Below, in pieces: positions 31,738 through 36,765 of a stretch of 36,765 nucleotides of DNA. A model generated the notes under the pieces. The model was not told where the DNA came from and did no database searches. It was given only the letters and a program-made list of their open reading frames with translations. The stretch lies in the IMG/VR virus record IMGVR_UViG_3300022208_000015, positions 1 through 36,765 of that record; one strand, 5' to 3'. The position numbers were made by a program, and so were the translations under genes. Origin of the DNA: a virus (Duplodnaviria > Caudoviricetes). Within the stretch, counting starts at the first letter, position 1. Each line of letters opens with the position of its first letter.

Positions 31738-32341
31738 GGCCTCCTCCCTGGGTCCACATGATTTGGTTCAGGTTGCGGTCGTACACCTGCCGGGGGCGGT
31801 TTTTGCCCTGCTGGATGACCGGCGCCAAGGGGCCGGTGTTGCGCACAAATCGCCACGTGGCGGGGTGCGCTATGCGCGACTTTTCTGCCAGGGCCAGATA
31901 CCCGGCCAGGGCGAGATAGCGCAAATAGCCGCGCGTGTTGGCCTCCGATATCGTCACGGTGGGGGTGCATGACGTGATAGCCAGCTCCCTGACCGTGAAA
32001 AACTTGAGCACCCGCATGGCATTCCAAAGGTGCGTGTTTTTGATGCCGCTCTGGTACTTGTCCATGGGCGCCGTCCGCACCTGACGGATCACGCGGTAAC
32101 GCCCCGCCGTCCATCCCCCGCGCGGGAGTGGACGCTGCGGATCAATCACCTCGACATATCCCTCCTGGACGAGCTTCCGCAGGTATCTCTTGGCAATTTG
32201 GGCCGTCACCGTGGCCGGTAGGTCTTTCAAGCCGAACTCGACGAGCTTCAGCGCAGCCGCCCAGATGGCATCCCGCCCCCGGCGCGCAGCGACGATCTCG
32301 GACGTCACGCGCCCCTGGGCCCCTTCCTGGGGGGGGCACAT
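31730..32341 (-). CDS. Conserved DNA-binding protein downstream of the transposition ATPase (tandem wHTH-like)
   Basis: Two YL..L...GY repeats, plus W.AMR.LK.F...EL, NTGP.AP and VYD.N. Confidence 0.8.
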   Translation of the reverse strand: MCPPQEGAQGRVTSEIVAARRGRDAIWAAALKLVEFGLKDLPATVTAQIAKRYLRKLVQEGYVEVIDPQRPLPRGGWTAGRYRVIRQVRTAPMDKYQSGIKNTHLWNAMRVLKFFTVRELAITSCTPTVTISEANTRGYLRYLALAGYLALAEKSRIAHPATWRFVRNTGPLAPVIQQGKNRPRQVYDRNLNQIMWTQGGGHG

Positions 32342-32342
32342 A

Positions 32343-33071
32343 TCAGCCCACCCGGCGCTTGGGGGCTTCGCCGGTGTACAGGGGGGTGTCGCCCCAGGTC
32401 GCCAGCGACATCTCCATGGCGCCCAGCGTGCGGGCGCGTTCCAGCACCAGGTCGAGGTTCACGCAGATCCGGCGCACCGACCCGCGCGCGGCATCAACGA
32501 TGTGTTGCAGCAGGTCGTCGGCCACCTGGATGCGGCGGCAATACAACTCGCGCAGATGCCGCCCATCCTCCAGATCGGCGGGCTGGGCCGGATAAAACGC
32601 CAGCACGCGCCCATGGACGCGCTCCCACTGGCGCAATTTGTCAGGCAGGCGCTCCTCGCCGATGAGCAACACCGCCGCACCGGAGGCGTCGTGCAGATCC
32701 CGCACAATCTCCACGGCGCGCTTGTCCACCATGTGGTCCATTTCGTCCACAATCAGCGGTCGGCCCGTCCGGGCGAGCTCCCCCGCCACCTGCTCGGCGA
32801 TTTCGTCCATCGTGCGCGCCGGAGTCAGGTTCAACTCCGTGGCGATGGCGATCAGCAAACTTTTGCGCGTGGTGGTGGAGCGGCAGGCCACATAGACCGC
32901 GCTCATTTCATTCATACAGTAGGCTGCCGCCGTGGATTTACCCCAGCCACTCGGGCCGTACAGGACCACCAGCCCCGGCAGGTGTGCCGCCCGCTGGGTT
33001 GCCCGCTCGATGGCCTCGATTGCTATGGCCACGTTTTTCAGCGTGGCGACCGTTCCCGTGTTTCCGTTCAT
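32343..33071 (-). CDS. Transposition ATPase (MuB-like AAA+)
   Basis: Walker A GPSGWGKS, Walker B LIVDEMD and LIGEE. ATG at 33071 overlaps the transposase stop. Confidence 0.93.
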   Translation of the reverse strand: MNGNTGTVATLKNVAIAIEAIERATQRAAHLPGLVVLYGPSGWGKSTAAAYCMNEMSAVYVACRSTTTRKSLLIAIATELNLTPARTMDEIAEQVAGELARTGRPLIVDEMDHMVDKRAVEIVRDLHDASGAAVLLIGEERLPDKLRQWERVHGRVLAFYPAQPADLEDGRHLRELYCRRIQVADDLLQHIVDAARGSVRRICVNLDLVLERARTLGAMEMSLATWGDTPLYTGEAPKRRVG

Positions 33072-35200
33072 GATGCCTCTCCCAAGCGTTTGAACGATTG
33101 ATGAATGCGCCGCTGGGCGCGGTATTCCGCTGATTGCACGTAGCTCGCATGGAATGCCAGTTCCTGCTGTGTCACCTCCTGGTTGTTGCGGATGGATTGA
33201 TCGAGTGAGTGCCAACGTTTGTAGCGCTCAAGTGGGGTTTCCGGTGGCGCCGGTTTCGGCGTGTGGAAACGATCCAGAAACTCGCGATGTTTGCGCTGTT
33301 CGGCGGGCGTGGGTGGTGCTGCAACGGGTGCATCGCCAGAGCGTGCCGCATCGGCGGCGGCATTGAGGCCCTCCGATTGGTGCGGCAGGGACGGGGCCGG
33401 GAACGCCACCAGACGGCTGTTGACAAGCCGCTGCGATTCCAGGATTTCGCCCACGATCTCGCGCGTGCCCACCTTGCGCGCGGCGCGTTTCAGCTCCGCC
33501 TTGGCGGCCTGCACGTGGGCCGTTTGTCGGGCGCGCGCCGCAATGGCCACCTCGCGCCGGGATACCCCGGTGATCTCCGGGCATTCGGCGATGCAAACAA
33601 ACCCGCCATCCTCGGCAAACACATGGATGCGGCCGATATCCTCCGGGTCGTAAAGGCAGCGCACCCGGTCGCCCACGTACAAACCCAGCTCGCTGTGGAT
33701 GTACCTCTGACCCTCGATGCGCAGGCCCTTTTTGGTGACCACCCGCCACCCCCCCTCGCCGGGGGCCTCGGCCAGCAGGATATCCAGGGCGCGCTCGTCG
33801 GTGATGCGGCGCACGGGCTGCCGCCACTCGGCGGCGGCCTGAAAGGGGGTGCGGCCATTCAGCCCGGTGTGCTCCCGTTGGTGATACACATCGGTCACCC
33901 AGCGGTCACAGTAGGTCTGCAACGCGGCGGCGGACATGTGCAGTTCCACGGCGGCGTCCCGCTGGAATAGCCGCTCCGCAAATGACTGTCGCGCCCTGAT
34001 GGTCTCACGCTCGGCCACGTTGTGACCGATAAAACCCACCGCTAATTCCAGCAAATCGTGTGAAAATGTGTGGAAAAACCGCTCGATATGGGGCTTTTCC
34101 CAGGCAGCGAACGGGGCACACAACCTGTGCTCGACCGCGAGCATCGAAAATACGCGCGTAACGTGATGGCTGGTATAATCGGCGCCATTGTCGGTTTTGG
34201 CCACCTCCGGCACGCCCCAATCCAGCAGCGCCCGGCGCATCAGTGTCGCGATGCCCACGGCGCGGGAGGTTTTCGATACCAGCAGGTGCGCGCGGCGGGT
34301 AAACACGTCTATTACGCCGATGATGCTGTGGCGCCCATCGGTCAGCATCACGTCCGCCGGGGTGCTATCAAGCTCCCACAGTTGATTCAGGCGGGCCACA
34401 TCCTCCGACCGCGACCCGAACGCCACCATGTGGTTGTTTTTCCACCCGTCCGGGTTGGTGACGGCGGCATACACCTGACGATTGGCCTGTTTCCAGGCGT
34501 CCATCCACCGCTCCAGCGACCGTCTGGATGGCAGGTCTGCCTCCGGCATCCGGGCGCGGGCGGCGGACAAAATGTGCCCCGCGTGCGCGTGGGGGTGCTC
34601 CACCAGCATGGCGATCACCAGCCCCATCAGTTCCGGTCTGGCATCCACCAGACTCTGGCCCCGGCGGTTGCCGTAGGCCCCGGCCAGCCGGGCGGGGCCA
34701 TGCGTGCGCTGGATATTTTGCCAGCGGTAGAGGGCCGCCGGACTGATCGCATGGACCGCCTGACGCACCTCGGGTGCGACATCAATTTTTCCCTCGTTGT
34801 AGAGGCCGCAAAAGACCGCCCACGCCTGGGTGCGGGAGAGGGACGACGCCCGCGCGTACTCATTGGCCGCCGTAAAAACCGCCAGCTTGGCGTGGGCGCG
34901 GTTGGCGGCGGACGTCCGCAGGCGGGGCGGAGCGCCTGCCACGGCCTGCTGCGTGGGTTGCCCGGCGGCGGGGATTTCCGCACCATCCTCGGTGGCGCCC
35001 GCGCGCATCGCCGCGTACACCAGGTGTTCGCGGGTCTCAGGGGGCAAAAAGCAAAATGCGAACTCCCGGCCACCGCCCCGCCCTTGCCTGGTGCGGGAGG
35101 ACCATCTTTCCCATCGCGCGAGGCGGTTGATAGACCGCTTTGTGCCCGGCATCCCCGGTAGCCCGACTAGTTCGGCGGCGCTAAACCACAATTGGGTCAC
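33068..35200 (-). CDS. Mu-type DDE transposase (MuA-like)
   Basis: N-terminal Mu HTH (WFSAAEL.GLPGMP...R..GRGGG.E), catalytic WELDSTPAD, KTDNGADY and KPHIERFF, and a C-terminal Mu-transposase domain. Confidence 0.97.
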   Translation of the reverse strand: MTQLWFSAAELVGLPGMPGTKRSINRLARWERWSSRTRQGRGGGREFAFCFLPPETREHLVYAAMRAGATEDGAEIPAAGQPTQQAVAGAPPRLRTSAANRAHAKLAVFTAANEYARASSLSRTQAWAVFCGLYNEGKIDVAPEVRQAVHAISPAALYRWQNIQRTHGPARLAGAYGNRRGQSLVDARPELMGLVIAMLVEHPHAHAGHILSAARARMPEADLPSRRSLERWMDAWKQANRQVYAAVTNPDGWKNNHMVAFGSRSEDVARLNQLWELDSTPADVMLTDGRHSIIGVIDVFTRRAHLLVSKTSRAVGIATLMRRALLDWGVPEVAKTDNGADYTSHHVTRVFSMLAVEHRLCAPFAAWEKPHIERFFHTFSHDLLELAVGFIGHNVAERETIRARQSFAERLFQRDAAVELHMSAAALQTYCDRWVTDVYHQREHTGLNGRTPFQAAAEWRQPVRRITDERALDILLAEAPGEGGWRVVTKKGLRIEGQRYIHSELGLYVGDRVRCLYDPEDIGRIHVFAEDGGFVCIAECPEITGVSRREVAIAARARQTAHVQAAKAELKRAARKVGTREIVGEILESQRLVNSRLVAFPAPSLPHQSEGLNAAADAARSGDAPVAAPPTPAEQRKHREFLDRFHTPKPAPPETPLERYKRWHSLDQSIRNNQEVTQQELAFHASYVQSAEYRAQRRIHQSFKRLGEAS

Positions 35201-35484
35201 AACCCACCCTGATTTGTTTTGGCCTTGCCGCGTGAGTTACGCTTACCGCGATTTACATATCGCTCAGGCCAGATCGTTTCGGGGGTCACACCGATGGCCT
35301 GTGCAAGCAATCGTTGCGCCTTTGGAGTACGGTAACGGCGCGCCCTGGTCAGGGCGGGATGCGTGATGCCATTGGCGCGGGCCAAGGCCCTGATTGTCAG
35401 GCCGCGCAGACCGAGTTGGTATTTGACCCACTCCCATGTGCGGAGCGGATCAGTGGGGATGCCTTGTTCCATGGTTGTGTCCAT
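35197..35484 (-). CDS. ner: Ner/Nlp-like DNA-binding protein
   Basis: W.KYQL..RG.T...LA...G....L...PK....A..IG..PE.IWPERY pattern; start at 35484 or 35472. Confidence 0.9.
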   Translation of the reverse strand: MDTTMEQGIPTDPLRTWEWVKYQLGLRGLTIRALARANGITHPALTRARRYRTPKAQRLLAQAIGVTPETIWPERYVNRGKRNSRGKAKTNQGGL

Positions 35485-35492
35485 GGGAATGA

Positions 35493-35538
35493 ACATTAAT
35501 CGGACCAAGTCCTAGGTGTCAAGGACTTGGTCCGATTA
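35493..35538. promoter_or_regulatory. Early promoter/operator: 17-bp perfect inverted repeat around a TTGACA -35
   Basis: TAATCGGACCAAGTCCT-N8-AGGACTTGGTCCGATTA (35497-35538). On the minus strand, TTGACA is at 35522-35517 and TAATGT at 35498-35493. Confidence 0.85.
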
Positions 35539-35557
35539 TCTGGATTATTTCTTTGTA

Positions 35558-36331
35558 ATGCCAAAAAAACCATCAGATAGCGCCATTAATCCCCAATTTG
35601 CGGAACGGCTGCGGGCGATCGTGGGAACCATGAGCAACGTGGCGTTTGCCCGTCTGGCGAGCGTGTCAGAAAAAATGATCCGAAAATATCTTGCCGGAGA
35701 GAGTAAACCGGGGCTGGAAGCACTGTTGGGGCTGGCATATGCCGGTGGTGTGGAGGCTCAATGGCTGGCCACCGGCGAGGGACCAAAGGAGTTACAGCGG
35801 CCCCCCCGGCAGCCGTTGAGCTTGGCCACACTGAAAGACACCACGTTTGCTGGAGCACTGGACGCATCCATCCGCATCAGCGATCAGGGGCCACCCGAAG
35901 TAATCTGGATTGGGTCTGGCGAGGTGGTGGAAATCCCCGAGTACGGCGTGACCGCCAGCATGGGGCCGGGTGCCGAAAACCATATCGAGGAGGTCGTGGG
36001 CCACTGGGCGCTGCCACCCCGCTACCTGCGCGAGTTGGGCGTGGCCCCGGCGGATGCGTGTGTGATCTCGGCGCGCGGGGATTCGATGGCGGGCACCATC
36101 CACGACGGCGACCGCCTGCTGGTGGACCTCTCCCGGCGCGAGATCGGCGAGGGCATCTACATCATGCGGATCGGCGATACCCTTCTCGCCAAGCGCTTGC
36201 AGCGCAAGGCCGACGGATCAGTGATGATCCGGGGCGACAACCCCGCCTATGGGCAGGAAATAGTGCCCGCCACCGACACCGAAAACCTGATCATCCTTGG
36301 CCGTGTCGTGGCCCGCCTCGGTCGAGTATAG
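35558..36331 (+). CDS. Phage repressor, XRE HTH plus S24 (LexA/CI-like) peptidase domain
   Basis: FAERLR...HTH...WLATGEG, then ASMG, RGDSM (Ser), DGD.LLVD, KRL (Lys) and DNP.Y. Divergent from ner; ATG 35558 is preferred. Confidence 0.93.
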   Translation: MPKKPSDSAINPQFAERLRAIVGTMSNVAFARLASVSEKMIRKYLAGESKPGLEALLGLAYAGGVEAQWLATGEGPKELQRPPRQPLSLATLKDTTFAGALDASIRISDQGPPEVIWIGSGEVVEIPEYGVTASMGPGAENHIEEVVGHWALPPRYLRELGVAPADACVISARGDSMAGTIHDGDRLLVDLSRREIGEGIYIMRIGDTLLAKRLQRKADGSVMIRGDNPAYGQEIVPATDTENLIILGRVVARLGRV

Positions 36332-36410
36332 ACGACCAGACTCGTTTCCGGCCCGGTTTTTGCTGTTCTGTCCATTTTACCAAAAAAATCATCAAGTTAA
36401 GTGATTTTCA

Positions 36411-36450
36411 CGAACTGGGACGAACTGGGACGAACTGGGACAAACTCGGG
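36411..36450. repeat. 10-bp tandem repeat CGAACTGGGA x3 plus a degenerate copy
   Basis: Seen directly. Confidence 0.9.
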
Positions 36451-36591
36451 CGTTTTCGGCAGTTTGGCGCCCGAGTTCCAGATTACACCAGCATGGTTTT
36501 GGACTGGACACACGACCTCGATATGGCTACGCTCCCCGCCACTGGCGCGGGTTTGGCGGCATTTGCACTATGTGCCGCACGGCTCTGTCGG

Positions 36592-36613
36592 TCACTATCA
36601 ATCCATGTGTCGT
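36592..36613 (-). repeat. Internal transposase-binding-type end site
   Basis: Perfect 22-bp reverse complement of 52-73 (ACGACACATGGATTGATAGTGA). Confidence 0.9.
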
Positions 36614-36677
36614 AGTGGGACACTCATTTTCCCGTTTTTCCCCATGCCCATCCCCAGCATCCCCTTTAACCACGCCA

Positions 36678-36717
36678 ATTTCCCACCATTCCCCGCTATT
36701 CCCCGCTATTTCCCGCC
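36678..36717. repeat. 10-bp tandem repeat ATT(T/C)CCC(A/G)C(C/T) x4
   Basis: Seen directly; abuts the terminal end site. Confidence 0.85.
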
Positions 36718-36718
36718 C

Positions 36719-36744
36719 ACTATCAATCCATCTGTCACGTCACA
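36719..36744 (-). repeat. Phage end (repressor end): terminal inverted repeat ending in CA
   Basis: Its reverse complement TGTGACGTGACAGATGGATTGATAGT matches 24-49 at 22/26 positions. Confidence 0.9.
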
Positions 36745-36765
36745 CGCCGCCAGTGGAGGTGTCGT

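Larger units (their letters stand above)
24..36744 (-). mobile_element. Mu-like transposable prophage/phage genome (myovirus-type), apparently complete
   Basis: TG at 24 and CA at 36743-36744 begin 26-bp imperfect terminal inverted repeats (22/26 identical). It encodes a DDE transposase, a MuB-like ATPase and a full Mu-like structural gene set in conserved order. Confidence 0.96.

Overview
Almost the whole window (24..36744, 36,721 bp) is one apparently intact Mu-like (transposable) prophage or phage with a contractile tail, shown in reverse relative to the Mu map. It has TG...CA termini and repeated transposase-type end sites. At the window's right end, a LexA/S24-type repressor (+) is divergent from ner, a DDE transposase, a MuB-like ATPase, gam, gemA and a Mor/C activator. 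The lysis, terminase, portal, MuF, protease, capsid, neck, sheath/tube, tape measure, baseplate, tail fibre and D12-class DNA adenine methylase genes follow, all on the minus strand. The main features not explained by the standard Mu gene set are: (1) a MuF protein with a C-terminal RNase-like extension, followed not by an immunity gene but by a ~100-nt structured or pseudoknotted RNA-like element; (2) a ~220-nt structured, probably leaderless uORF/leader coupled to an SD-less endolysin; (3) an anti-SD RNA structure in front of the methylase, where Mu has com; (4) a head-spike-like module inserted between the terminase genes; (5) a tail fibre ending in ~7-8 tandem 39-aa beta-propeller-like repeats, with no invertase; and (6) morons in the tail region, including a signal-peptide thermonuclease and an antisense exported protein. 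All protein family calls come from motif recognition and synteny by eye, not from database searches, and the RNA structures are hand-folded.
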